A DNA stretch of 64,000 nt, from the NCBI RefSeq assembly GCF_009914755.1, contig NC_060927.1, one strand, 5' to 3'. The notes under the pieces were generated by a model. It was not told the DNA's origin, searched no databases, and worked only from the letters and a program-made list of their open reading frames with translations. The translations under genes and the position numbers were made by a program. Positions 21,916 to 34,352 of the stretch are shown here, piece after piece. Position 1 is the stretch's first letter; the number at the start of each line of letters is the position of its first letter. This DNA is from the human T2T-CHM13v2.0 reference genome, Homo sapiens.

Positions 21916-24900
21916 TTCATTCTTTCACATATTCTAGTAAATTGCTCCTCATTTGATTAAGGCTGTTTCTCATACTATCATAGAATGTTGAATCTTAGTA
22001 ATAAAATTTTTCTCTTTTTCAGTGTTCTTTCAATCTTTTGATTACTTTGCAGAGAAAGCTTTAGATTTGTTCAAAGATGTCTTTAACAGTCCTCTATTAC
22101 ATTCTAACCTGCTTTTTAACAAATGGAAAACAAGACCAAGATTCCAGAGCCTTCTAGTAGCAATAGTATGTAACTAGGATTATTCTTTGGGGGTTTTTTT
22201 GCATGGTATGTACTTTTACTATTAGCTTCCTCTGTTTATGGTTAGTGACTCTTTTCTTTAGGATACTATATAAAGTCTCCTTTCCAGGCAGATGTAAAGA
22301 AATATATTAGGTAAATAGTAGGTCGGGTATGCAAAGATCTGGCAAAAATGATGTGGGGTGAAGGATGTGTAAAAGCCGAGGCTGGAACCACTGGGTCCTG
22401 TCCCCAGGAGGTTACTTGCATCTCAGCCACATGCAGATTCAGACCAGCTGCTCCTCCTTTAGTGATCCAAAGCCTCATAGAAAACTGGGTCTTTCTAGTG
22501 GAGGACAGAGACTCATGCCTGCATCAGAGGAATATGCAGAGGGCTAGGAGAGGAAACAAGGAACTCTGCCAAGGTGGGAGGAAGTAGGCTGGTGAGGGAA
22601 AAGCACAAAATGGTGACCTTTTAAGTGTATCTTGTAAGACTGGAAGGTTCACTGCACAGACACTAGGGGCCATGTGGGGAAACAGGAAGGTGGAGGAGGG
22701 GCATTCCAGGTCCAGGGACTGCTTCTGTAAAGCATAGAGGCCAAATAATGCCTGGCCCTGGGCATCTGGGAGGGCAGGGACAGGGAGCTTAAAGAGGCAG
22801 GCAGGGCCAGCCATCGAAGCTAGGCCCTTCACCCTGCAGGGGGGAGTAATGCAGGTTGGGGGCTATGGGGGGTGTTCTAGGTCACCTGTGCTAGAGAAAT
22901 CCTTGGAGCAGGGCCGGCCCAGGCAGCCTAGAGAGGGGAGGCTCAGCCTCTCTCACCTACCCTTCTGTATCCCAGTCTCGCCCTGAGGCTCTGGGCACCT
23001 GGTCGTCTGGAGCCGCAGAGCTCAATGGTCTGGGAGCCACTCACCCTATGGAGCCAGGCTTCTCCACTAGTAACAAATCATGACTTTTCAGGACTGTGTG
23101 AACATGAAGGAGGAGGTGAGGGTCTGGTGCTTAGGACAGTGAGTGCTCTGCAATACCTGCTGGCTTCCACAGCAGACTTCTCACTGTTACCACGCCCCAG
23201 GATGCCCTCCTCACCTCCCCAAGCCACCACCTTCTCATGGGTCTCACCATAGCCCTCTTTGCCCCTGGCAGCATGCATAGCTCCACCCCAGTAATTTTCT
23301 GCAAAACAAAGGGGGTCCTGCCAGCTCTTACTCAGAAATCTCTTTTAGGTCCACACCACCTGCAGGACAAAGACAATACCCAACCTTAGCATGTTAGCTG
23401 GCTGGCAGTTGGGTCCCAGGACATGGCAGGTATATGTGCTATATGTAACATGCTGAGTACTCCACCTGGCACAGAATGGGCCCTGGGTAAACAGTGGGTA
23501 TCATCAGTACTATTTATTTGGACTTTCCTCTGGAAATGCAGATGCCTGGGTTCCCAGCTAGGGTGATAGCAGACACCATCCCCCTTCCACAGTGGTGGGA
23601 TAAGGCCAGGTGTGCCAGCCATCCTGGGTCTGGCACCCACTGGCGCCGGTCAGGGAAGGCCTTAGGGCTGGGCCACAGGAGCTGGCAGCATTGGCCCAAC
23701 CAAGTGTAAACATGCAGACGCCATCAGGAGCACTCGCCAGCTTTGAAGTCTGAAGCGGCGCTGCCTCCTGGCTCCTGGCTCTGCCCCACTCCACTGCTGA
23801 CGGCTTGTTAAATGTGCCCAGGGCACCAGGGAGCGTGCTGGCCTGGGGTGCAGGCTGGCTCATGACCTGCCTCTGGCACAGCTTGGGCCCCATCATTCTC
23901 AGCAGGGATGGTCTGGCAGGCTTGGTGGGCCCTAGCGGGTCAGCTGCAGGGCCCCTCGCCCTTGCAGGAAGCCATGCTGTGGTCTAGCTGGCCACTGAGC
24001 CTGTTCTGCTGGCCCTCGCTCCCCTGGGTCCCTGCCAGAGGGTTGAAGGCCACATTGGCTCCCAGGCTACTTGAGAAAACAGAGGTTCCCCTGAAACAGA
24101 GGTTGAGAAGCTCTTTCCCCAGGGAGATGATCAAATGGCTGCCCTGGTATTCTGGTCCCAGCCCAAATCCTCAGCGTTTCTTCTGACTTCCAGTATCAGG
24201 CTGTGATAGCTAAGTGTCTTGCTTGGCTGCTGGAGTGCTTGTTCACCTTCCTTTGAAAATTGCTTTTTTGCCCATATAGAGACACAGGGTCAGGACAGCT
24301 TGATGTGCTGGAAAGAGCCAGTTCTGGAAACTGATGGACTGAGCTGGGCACAAGCTCGATGTGGCCGTGGGCAAGTCACTCTCCCCCAGAACCTGTTTCT
24401 TCTTTAAGAGCTGGTCAGGCGTTGATGAGACCTGGGCTACTTCAGGGCCTCTGCTCTTCCCACCACACCAGACCATGGCCTGCATTGAGGAGGAGACACT
24501 GTCCGTGGGGAAAGTTTTCTGATGATACTGGAACAACACCATCATCCTAGGTCCCCTTCCAGAATTTGTCAATCCTGGTGGCTTTCAAGTGGCCTAGAAG
24601 AGTTAACACCGCATTTTTAAGGGACTCATCCATGATCAGGCAGCCTCTGAGTTCTTCCCATTCCTCATTGGATCCAAGGACTGCTGGCTTCTGTCCTCCG
24701 AGAAGACTTTGCTGGTGGGGTGGGTAAGAGGGAGAGAAGCAGAGAGCTGTGGGCAGCTCCAAGCATGTGGTTGGTGTTGAGTACATGTTCTGTTCTTCTG
24801 GCTTCTCTTGGGCAGATTAGATAACTGGATCTTGTGATTTCTGTGCATCTGAGATCTCCTGCACCAAATGCTGTCTTATTCTTCTGCTTCTCCCACAATT

Positions 24901-26617
24901 TGACATCCACTAATTGAGATTCTTTCCTCTGGGTCATCCATTCTCTGTCAAGTCTTAGGTGTTATCATCAACATCAACACCCCTGATCCTAACAACAACC
25001 TTTTTCAAGGAGGAAACTGAGTTTCAGAGAAGTCCCTCGCTCAAGGTCATAGAGCTGTAAGAGGCAGAGTCAGAAGTCAGGCCTCCCAAGCCCTTCCTGT
25101 CCTGCGCACGTGGTTCTCCTCACCACAGACCTGGAATCGGCACAGGGCTCCATTTCATGGCACGTTTGCCTGCCTTCCTTCGTATCACTTCTACAATTTG
25201 AATTAGAATGGTCACTTCACAGCTTGGGCAATTCCCAAGCCTCATCATGGGAGCCAAGCCCTGAAAGAGGGACACACACACGTGTAATGACATAATTATA
25301 TGCACCGGCAGCCAAGTCCTTGCTCAAAGGCCAGGGACAATGGGGACCCACCTGGCGTGTAAGCAAGCGCCTGGACTTCCATGTGCACAGTGACTGCTCC
25401 TCAGGAGCTCAGTCCCTCCAGTGACTGAAGGCTAATAAATAGAGCAAATTATTCATGCAAACAGTGAGAATCCCCACTTAGCGCCATTGTTGTAACTGTG
25501 CTGGCCTGGATTCAGGACTGTTCCCTAGAAGCAAGGCCTATTGAGCAGATCCCACATGCGTTGCCTTTGGTTTGACGTCACAATGATTGATTTCAAAATG
25601 AAAACCCTCCAACTGTTCTCTGAAGGTCTTTCCTCATTGGATGTGCTTGTGTCTGATCTCTGAGGTCTCTTTCCTTTAGCTGGAAGAATCTATAATTTGG
25701 TGAAGAACCCAACCATCACACATGCATGCACACACCTTCTAGTGATGGACAGGACAGAGCAAAGCCATGTTCCCCCATCCTCACCTCCTGACACTCAGGA
25801 CAGATCATGACCCCTGGTCTTCCTGAAGTTCTCCAGAGATGTAGGCCTCACAGCATCCTGTAGGAATGTAGGAGCTGTCTCCCTCTTTCTAGCCAGACTT
25901 CCTTCTGATTAAATGAGGTTTCATGCAGCTGACAATCACTGAGTCCTTGCCCCCAGTACACACAGCAGTAATTTCCGGAGGTGTAGGTTTTGGAGATGCA
26001 AAAATGTGCTCAGACCAGCTCCTGCCTTCCAGGACTGCCTTCCTCCCCTCCCCGCATCCAGCTGGTGAGGCTGGCGTAGACAAGCCACTGCTGTGCTGAG
26101 AGACAGGCACACAGGCTTCTCTGTAGCCAATTCCCAGCGCAACCCTCTGTCTGGTTCTGAGGCCGGCAGTCTCTTAGAGGGGGCCTTCCATTAGTCAGCG
26201 ATGTCTTCTCAGATCTGCAGGTGGCGGCCATTGAGTCGCAGGGGTGCACAGGCCCTGCATCTGCTGCCCCTGTAGTCCTGTGTGGTGTGTCTGAGGGAGT
26301 CCTAAGGGAGGGAGACTGGTCTGCCCAGGGAGGGGGCAGGCAGAGGCCAGACCAACAACAACTGTTTACAAGTGCTCCCCAGCACCCATTTAAACCTCCA
26401 GCAACTCTGTTTCCCCATATTATAGATGGAGAGATGCCTGCACCCACAGAGGTTAGGCCTCTGGCCAGAGTGCCTAGGCACCCAGACTTGGGATTCGAAT
26501 GCAGGTAGTCTGGCTCTAGAGTCCAGGTTCTAACCTGTGATGTAAACAGTGCTGTGCCTTTTCTCTTATTCTATTGTCTCCAGTGTGCCCATTTTTTTCC
26601 AGTTATGGAGACCTGTA

Positions 26618-26850
26618 CAGTAAATCCTCACTTAACATTGTCACTAGCTTCTTGGAAACCATGAGTTTAAGGGAAAGAACGTATAACAAAACCAATCTAT
26701 TTTTTTCATTCATGTTATAACAAAATAACTTTGATATATATTCAAATAACTTTAAATGAAGCAACATTATTTAAGGGCCTACTGTACATTATTTTGTTTA
26801 AAGTAACAGTTTCTAAGAACTTATGATGACACCAAGTAAAGACTTTACTG
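26618..26850. mobile_element. MER6-family (Tigger-type) MITE
   Basis: ta|CAGTAAATCCTCACTTAAC...ttcttggaaac...aagtaaagactttaCTG, imperfect terminal inverted repeats. Confidence 0.75.
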
Positions 26851-27334
26851 GAAATTGAGTATTTGGAATTCATGGGAAGGGTAGTTTTCCTCTTGGCCCC
26901 TATAACCATAGGTGGGGAAAGTTTAGCCTCCCTCCAACAGCAGTGCAGTCCTTCTCAGTGTGGCAGGGGCTGACTGGGCTGGAACACCTTCCTGTGATGG
27001 TGAAGTGTTTGGGCCCCACTATAAGTGCTGCATCTTGAGGGCCAGGATCTGCCCTCTTTCCCTCCTCTCCTCCTCCCTTCCAAATAACCTGGTGGGGGCT
27101 GGGGTCCCTGAACTTGGGGATTGTCTTCTGCAATGACTTGGGGTTTCCCACAACTGGGACTAGCAGGGATGGGGCTGCCCAGTGCCCCTGGGCCGGACTT
27201 CTAGGCCCATTTGTGTCCAGTCAGTCATGACATGGCTCTGGTGAGCCCAAAGGATGGAGAAAGTCGTCTGGGCTCATTTGCTGCTTCGGCACCTCCCGGC
27301 AGACAGGGCCCAGCCCTTCCTGCAGCAGGAAAAG

Positions 27335-27480
27335 CACCAGCCTCTGGATCCAGACAGTCTGAGTTGGAATGGGGCATTGCCACACTCACTAGCTGCGTGA
27401 CTTTGAGCAAATCATTTCATTTTACTGAGCCCCCTGTTCCCGACAGGGCTTTCCTAAAGATTAAATAATGATATGGGGAC
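27335..27480 (+). mobile_element. MIR
   Basis: ctctggatccagacagtctgagttggaat...ccacactcactagctgcgtgactttgagcaaatcatttcattttactgagcc. Confidence 0.8.
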
Positions 27481-29049
27481 ACCTCACCCATGACATGGCT
27501 GAGGACACTGCCGCTCACCTGCTGCTGGGAAAGGGGTGAGAGAGCAGAGTGCGAAGGATTGGGAGAGTTGGAGGGAGATGGGATTTACCTGCTGACTTCT
27601 CTCTGCTGCTCCAGCCTCCCCTCCCCTGGGGCAGCCATGCCCAGAGTGCCAGTGTCCTCTGTGGGACTGACACAAATGCAAAGATCCACCCAGCTGCTGT
27701 GAAATGACAGTGTGGGGCCACCAGCAGGCAGAAGACGCCAGCACTCTCGAGACCACACGGGGTTCCTGAACGTGTGCAGACGTCCAGCTCCTGCCCTCAC
27801 GGTGCCTCCCCCACAAATGGAACTGCGGACACAGAAGTTCGCAGGAGAGTATGCTTCACCCACTCAGCACTATCATGTCTTCTGGCCAAGCCATAAAACA
27901 AGAGAGCAGGAGTGACAGAGACACTCCCTTTGAACTTGAAATCCTTTCTAAACTGCCACTCCAGCCCCAGAGGCCCTCCTCAGAAGGTCAAAAAAAGCCC
28001 ACTCACTCCTCACCTTATCCCGGATGCTTAAAACAATTTTGTGGGAATGTAGGTCAGTGAACCGAGCTGCACCACACACCAGCAGGATTCCAGGGGCCAA
28101 CCAGCCTGTGTGCTGGCCCACTAGGTCAGATGAGAACATAAACAAGGAACTCTGGGAGCCCTCAGCTTCCCCTGGCTCTAGTCCTTTGTTTATGTAGCAC
28201 TTAAACTAACTTTGGGGTCATCTCTGTCTGGCATGAAAGCCCTGGAGCTTTTTGAAGTTCCCCTGAAGTTAATAAAATTAGTCTGCCCTCATTGCAAGAC
28301 CCTGGCTTGGAGAAAGATAGATCCTCTGCTGTCTTTGTGGCATTTAGCTTTTTAAAGTTAATATTTTATAACCAAAAGAAAGGAGGGGGCAGGGGAGAAG
28401 ATGCAGTAAACGTGTTCTGAAAGGCTAATAGGTAGCATGCCTGCTATCCCAGGCTCTGATTACCCTGGAGCCAGGCCTCCAGGCCCACTGGGAGGCTGAG
28501 CGATGGGCCTGCTGTGTTTAGCATGAGGGAACCAGCACTGGGGACGTGAATTGATCTGTCAGTGTGTTCTCCCAGGTAGATAGGAGGAAACTAGCCCGGG
28601 CTGGGCTGTTGGCTCACTCTCAGATGAATCGTGTCTCCCAAGGACATATCCACTTGAGTAATGTATTTCTACCTCCCGGCGTCTTCCCCTTGATGCCATG
28701 TGTGGGACTAGTGCAGTTGGCCTCCTCACACTCAGTGAGCGCCCGTTCACCAGGCCTGTAGTGGGTCAGGGCCACAGGAGGTGCACAGAACCCTTTCCTC
28801 GCAGAACTCCCAGTCCGAGGAGGGAGACAGATAGGTCAGCTGTCAGGGATAAGACATAGTGGCCAGGCTCTCAGAACAGAGGGATCTTGGCCTCAGTCCT
28901 GGGGGCCAAGGGGAGAGGAGGTGCCTGCAATGTCGGGGAAGCTGTCTGAAGGAGGAAATGTCCAAGGTGGGCCTTGGGTGGGGGTAGAGTCCCCGGTGCA
29001 CAAGCTGGGACTAGCATTACAGGAGCACCACACAGGCGGGGAGGGAGGC

Positions 29050-29235
29050 ATAACAGAGGGGCATGAGGACCCTGGGGGTGATAGATATGTTCATTAGCTT
29101 TATCATGGTGATGGTTTCACAGGCATGTATATGTATACACATATTTAGACTTATCCAATTATTTACTTTTAATATGTTCATGTTATTGTGTATCAGTTAT
29201 AGCTGAATGAAGCTGTAAAAAAAAAAAAAAAAAAA
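29050..29235 (+). mobile_element. L1M (MC/MD-type) extreme 3' end with poly(A)
   Basis: gggggtgatagatatgttcattagctttatcatggtgatggtttcacagg...aatgaagctgt followed by an A-run. Confidence 0.8.
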
Positions 29236-29294
29236 GCCTACAGGCATGAGTGAGCCTTGCAAATGTACCAACAACTACAACCATGTATTCTTGC

Positions 29295-29580
29295 AACATT
29301 TACTCACACATTCAAGGAATAGATAGTAAGCGCCTGTTTTATGTGCAGGGAATGTAGCTATGGAGGAGAGGAACATGTTTCTGCCTGGAGCTTGTGCCTG
29401 GTTGGAAGCAATAAACAAGTAAACAGATAAGGTCAAAGGCATAACGTCAGGTGGCAATCTGTGCTCTGAAGAGAGACAGGGCAGGATGAAGATTGGAGAG
29501 GAGTAGGGGCTGGAGTACAGGAAGAGGGAGCCATGGGCCACAGGGAACGCTGTAGGCACCAGGCCTTGATTTGAGCCTGC
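29295..29580 (-). mobile_element. L2 3' end (antisense)
   Basis: catttactcacacattcaaggaatagatagtaagcgcctgttttatgtgcaggg. Confidence 0.65.
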
Positions 29581-30184
29581 TCAGGGCCAGGCCCTGCTGG
29601 GCACCAGGGGCTGCATAGAGATGGGGAGCTCATAGGATCTGTCGCTGAGAAGTGCAAAGGCTGTGGGCTGTGAGATGGAGGGAGAATTCTGTTATTTTCC
29701 TGTAGTACATGTGATTGTTCACAGCTACAGGCCCGTTTCATGGTAGGCTCTTATAGGAATAAAACAAGAATATTAATATCAGCTTGTTGAGAACTTTCTG
29801 CTCTGCTAAGGATACCTGCGTATATTATCCCTTTGGTCCTGGTGGGGCCTCTTACAAGCTGTTTCTCTGAGAAAGTTGTAAGCTCTTAGTCCAGGGACTG
29901 TGCCTTTTTTGTTTCTTGGCCACTGCAATGCTGGAGGACAGGTCTTATTTCTCAGTCAGATGTAACCCCAGGGCCTAGCTATGCAGAGGCCCGAGTAGTA
30001 GCTCTCTGGGGTGACCACAATGCATGAGAACTGATTAAAGCTGCCTGGGTGGGGACAGAGGGCTGCAATTGTCACCCTTGCTGGACCAGAAGCCATCAAA
30101 GGAAAATGTTCTGTCTTTGGAGAAGATGTCAGGAGAGGATGGGAGGTCCGCCTGGTGTGTGTGTAGAAGAAATGCACTTCTTGG

Positions 30185-30710
30185 TTTGTTTTTACATTTT
30201 TAAATTCTATTAACTTATTTGTAAACAGGTGATGCATTCATGTATTTCAGTAGCCAAAGATAGAAAAGGTGTATGGTGAAAAGTCCCCAGGCACCCTGCT
30301 CCCTTTCCTGGAGGCATCAGTTTCTCCTGATTCCTTCTGTGTATCCACCTCTGCCCTGCCCCCATCCATACACAGCCTGCAACATGCCCTTTGCCTCTCA
30401 CTCTTCTTTTTAACGTGAAACACAATACTCTGGTTTTTGTATCTGTCCATACACACTGCCTACTCTCCTCTGTGGTCACATCATCATCTCTAGAGGCTGT
30501 GCTCCACTTCTTGAACTCAGGCTGGACTTCTAAGTCATTGTCAGCTTTTGCTGCTGCAGTGAGTGACCTTGGGTGGAGCTCCCATCTTCTCCTGACATCT
30601 TCTCCAGCAAGCACATCAGCGGGATGCATTCCTAGAAGTGAAATTGATGGTCCAGATGGTGTGTGCATTGCTCATTTCCATAACAGCTGCCAGACTGGTG
30701 GGCACTTCTT
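30185..30710 (-). mobile_element. L1ME-type fragment (antisense)
   Basis: gggatgcattcctagaagtgaaattgatggtc; cagcttttgctgctgcagtgag; gaaaaggtgtatggtgaaaagtc. Confidence 0.65.
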
Positions 30711-31429
30711 ATCATGGGGCCCAAGTTTGCTACTGGAGGCAGGATCTACAGAGCAGGGGTGGGGTGAGGAGCTGGGTGGGGCAGGCAAGGCCACCTGGCC
30801 ATGCTGCCATCCCAAAAGCAGTACCTGGGCTGGAGCTGCCAGAGACTCAGAAGGGAGGGAGTGACACTTCCAGTCGCTGATCAAGCCTCTAGGGAGAAGG
30901 TTCAGGATGAACATAGCTCATGGTGAAATCAGGGCTGCACCAAGCTGACTTTTTCACAGACATGTGTGTCCCTCCTCTCAGCCTGGGCACCCACAAAGAG
31001 ACAGCAGCGGCCAACATGGCCAGCAGGAGGTATGAGCTCTGCAAAGACCTGGCCATGGCCAACAGGGGCCAGGGAAACGAGCAATTCTGCCTGGACTGAG
31101 GGAGGGTGTCATGGAGGTAGGGAGGTAGGGCTGTGGAGGAAAAGTGGGCCAGGCCAAGACAGGCTTCCAGGCACAGCTAGAGTGAGCAAGAGTAAAGCCT
31201 TGGGCCACTGTACATAGGGGTGTGTGCAGCGGGTGGGAGACAAAGGCCAGGCTCTCGGGCTCCTGTGGGAGGGGAAACCAGAGTGAGGAGGCCAGTTCTA
31301 GAAGGCCTTGGATGCAGGCTCAGGAGCGGCCCGGGTGACTGTGACAGCTTCAAGGAGAGTGCTCTGGGCAGGTGCCCTGGGGACAGGCTGGGTCATTGTG
31401 GCCCCCCAGGGGTGGGGGGGGCCTGCAAC

Positions 31430-31612
31430 AGGGGCTTGAATTCAAAGCTACTTCTATCCCCTGTGCTCTGTGACCTTGGATAGATGACAGAACTCTGCCG
31501 TGCCTCCATTTCCTCATCTGTAAAGTGGCGCCACAGAGCTGCTGTGGGGACTGAGGTGCTATCTGTGGAAAGTGCTCACAGCATGCCTGTTTTGAAGGGC
31601 CCGTTGTTATAG
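31430..31612 (+). mobile_element. MIR
   Basis: ctgtgaccttggatagatgacagaactctgccgtgcctccatttcctcatctgtaaagtgg...gtggaaagtgctcacagcatgcctg. Confidence 0.8.
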
Positions 31613-31823
31613 TGGCAGTTGCCAGTCTCAGGTTTCTGCCCTGCTCCCATGCATTTTGTTATCTGTTAGGTGGGCTCATCACCAGGCTACCCACAGGGTT
31701 CCTAGAGCGGGCAGCAGCCAGCCATGCCTAGGGCCCGGGAGAGCTGGGGCTAGGCACACAGTCACAGCTCTTTCAGTGTGCACCACTAATGCCCTCTCTC
31801 TGTGGCTGGGTGTGTGGGGACAG

Positions 31824-31980
31824 GCGATGGATGACTACAGTGTGATCGGCCGCTCCCTGTTCAAAAAGGAAACCAACATCCAGCTCTTCGTGGGGCTCAA
31901 GGTGCACTTGTCCACTGGGGAACTGGGCATCATCGACAGTGCCTTCGGCCAGAGCGGCAAGTTCAAGATCCACATCCCAG
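31824..31980 (+). CDS. EEFSEC: EEFSEC internal coding exon (exon 6 by recall), 157 nt, phase 0/1
   Basis: Translation AMDDYSVIGRSLFKKETNIQLFVGLKVHLSTGELGIIDSAFGQSGKFKIHIP continues in frame from ...GLVER of the previous exon. Acceptor gaCAG ends at 31823; consensus donor CAG|GTAAGT at 31980/31981. Confidence 0.97.
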
Positions 31981-32524
31981 GTAAGTGCAGCCACTTCCTC
32001 CCGGTTTAGGGACACCGTGCAGGGCACAGAGAGATGGCAGAGGTGATGCCAAGGTGGCGCTCCTTGGCTTAGGTTCCTAATCCTGCCTTTGCCGAGACAC
32101 GGGGTGACTTGGCCTGCCTGGCAGCATGGCCTCTGGCTGGGAAGCCAGTATGGGTTCTGGGAAGAGCCTGGATGTGGAGTGAAGATCTGGTCTGAGCAGG
32201 GTCAAGATTGGAGTCTGAGTTCCCACTGCACCATTTACCATCTGAGGGGGCCTTGGGCCCGCACCTTGGTTTCTCTGTGGAGGCGGGAATAAGATTGAGC
32301 CTACAGGCAGTTTGGAGAAGAGCAGGTGAGGGAGACCGCTGGGGGCCTGGCATACTGTCCTGGCACGTGGTAAGGTTTCCAGGGATGTGAGTTGTCACCC
32401 TCCTTTGCCCAGCACAGACCCCCAGGCTCAGCACCACCTGCTGAGTTTGTGCTGGGGCCTCTCCGTGGGCTGGGTCAGAGGGTGTGTGTTTGCTGCTGGA
32501 GAGCCCTTGGATTTTGTCAGTGAA

Positions 32525-32985
32525 CTCATCCTTCAATCACTTGTGCATTTATTCAGCCTACACTGCATCATGTTCTTCTGTGTTGCAAGCATTGTGCTTG
32601 GTGCTGGGGATATGGAGCTTACAGTTGTAGGAAGGTACAAACAATAAACATACTAAAGAAATCCCTGTCAGATGGGAGTAGGCACCACGTAGAAAGATAA
32701 AGCAGGGACGAGATGGAATTGCTGAGCATGCTGCTTTGGATAGGGTGATCAGGGAAGGACAGAGGGAGGGAAGGAGCCACATGGGTAGTCAGGGAGAGCA
32801 TGCCACAGCGAGGGGGAAGTGAATGTTAAGGTCCTGAGGTGACAGTGAGCTTCAAGTGCATTTGCAGGTCAGTTGTTTGGCAAAAGTGTGCTGAGCAGAG
32901 AGGTGTGCAGGACATAGGCCAGGGTTCATACTGTGCGCTGGGGACCGTGGGAAGGACTAAAGCCTGTGTTCGTATGAATGGGTCA
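32525..32985 (-). mobile_element. L2 3' region (antisense)
   Basis: gcaagcattgtgcttggtgctggggatatggagcttacag...ggatagggtgatcagggaagg...ggagccacatgggtag. Confidence 0.7.
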
Positions 32986-32997
32986 TGAGCCACTATC

Positions 32998-33151
32998 TTT
33001 TTTTTAGAGAAAGGGTCTTACCCTGTCTGTGGAATAGAATGTGGTGATGCAATCAAGGCTCACTAAAGCCTTGACCTCCCAGGCTCAAACCATCCTCCTG
33101 CTTCAGCCTCCTGAATAGCTGGGACTCAGTTGTGTGCCACCACCCCCAGCT
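32998..33151 (-). mobile_element. Alu monomer (FLAM/FRAM/AluJ arm)
   Basis: ttttagagaaagggtcttac...gctcactaaagccttgacctcccaggctcaaaccatcctcctgcttcagcctcctgaatagctgggac. Confidence 0.88.
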
Positions 33152-34227
33152 CCCCACTGTCCTTTATCTCCTGTACAATTGTACCAGATACAACCAATCC
33201 AGTACAATTCTGTTGTATTTCATAATACAGTAAAAATTACAAAAATTTTCAAACATACAGCAAAGTTGAAGATTTTACAGGGAACACCTTTACCCACTCC
33301 TGATTTTATATTGACATGTTACTGTCCTCTACATAACTCCAGGACTCGAGGTTGATCCTGTGAGGATGGAAAGCTGTGGGGAGGTTTGGATCAGGGGAAC
33401 AACCAAGGTTGGTTTATGGCTTCTTGTGTCAAATCTCCTAAAGAGAAGGTGGTGCCCTGGCTCCAGCTGGAAAACAGAGACCCCAGCTGCCTCCGTGCTC
33501 ACAGGTGGCATGAGCACCCTTCCCTCTCCTGACAGCCTTGCCAGGGAACCCCTTCCTTTCAAAGTCCTTCCACTGCCCAGAGATAGCATCTGCCTTCTCA
33601 TGAGCAAGGGCAATGGTCACAGAGGCATTGCTTCTCCAGGGCACTTTGTTCCCTGTTAGCAGCCCCTAAGGCCTCTGTCAAGGTGGGGCTGGGGCAAGGG
33701 AGGCAGAGGCACCCAGCCATGGGAGGCCTCCAGCGGTGAAGCTCTAAAATTCTGTCCTGTCCTCCCCACTTCTCCATAGTGGCTCTGAGTCCTCACCTCA
33801 GCCAAACAGGAGTCTTTGTGCATCGCTTCAGTTTGGCTGTGGGTTGTCCTCAGAGACTGGAGCCCACAGGGCCCCTCTCTGGACTCCAGGGAGCATGCAG
33901 GGGGCATGAGCCAGACAGGCCAGCGTCCAGACCTCAGTCCCCAAGGGCCTCGTGCCTATGCCTGCCTGGGCTATTGTGAGCTTTCTGGGAGGGAAGGATC
34001 CCGGGATTCTTCCAGCTGGGTCGGGGGCCATACTGAGGAGCACTGATCCTTCCCCTAAACAGCTCTGGGGCCCTGCTGGACCAGGCAGAGGGAAGAGCTT
34101 ATGGTCTTCTCCTTTGGGAACTGCTAGGATCACGCTGACCTCCCCTGAGCTCCCTTCCTGTAGCCCAAGGCAAACTCAGAGCTGGGGTATTCCCAGGGCA
34201 GGCAAGAACCAAGAGGAGTCTTGGTTG

Positions 34228-34352
34228 GGCTGCTGGGGTGGGAGTGAAGGGAGCCTCTCGGGGTGCTGGGGCGGGAGTGGAGGGAGCCTCTCAGGGTGCT
34301 GGGGTAGGAGTGGAGGGAGCCTCTCGGGGTGCTGGGGTGGGAGTGGAGGGAG
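34228..34352. repeat. 33-bp G-rich minisatellite, ~3.7 copies
   Basis: Unit GGGTGCTGGGGYGGGAGTGGAGGGAGCCTCTCR. Confidence 0.93.

Larger units (their letters stand above)
15491..31823 (+). other. EEFSEC: EEFSEC intron (GT-AG, 16,333 nt)
   Basis: Starts GTGAGC, ends CAG, and joins the two exons in frame. Branch-point-like CACTAAT at 31784-31790. Confidence 0.93.
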
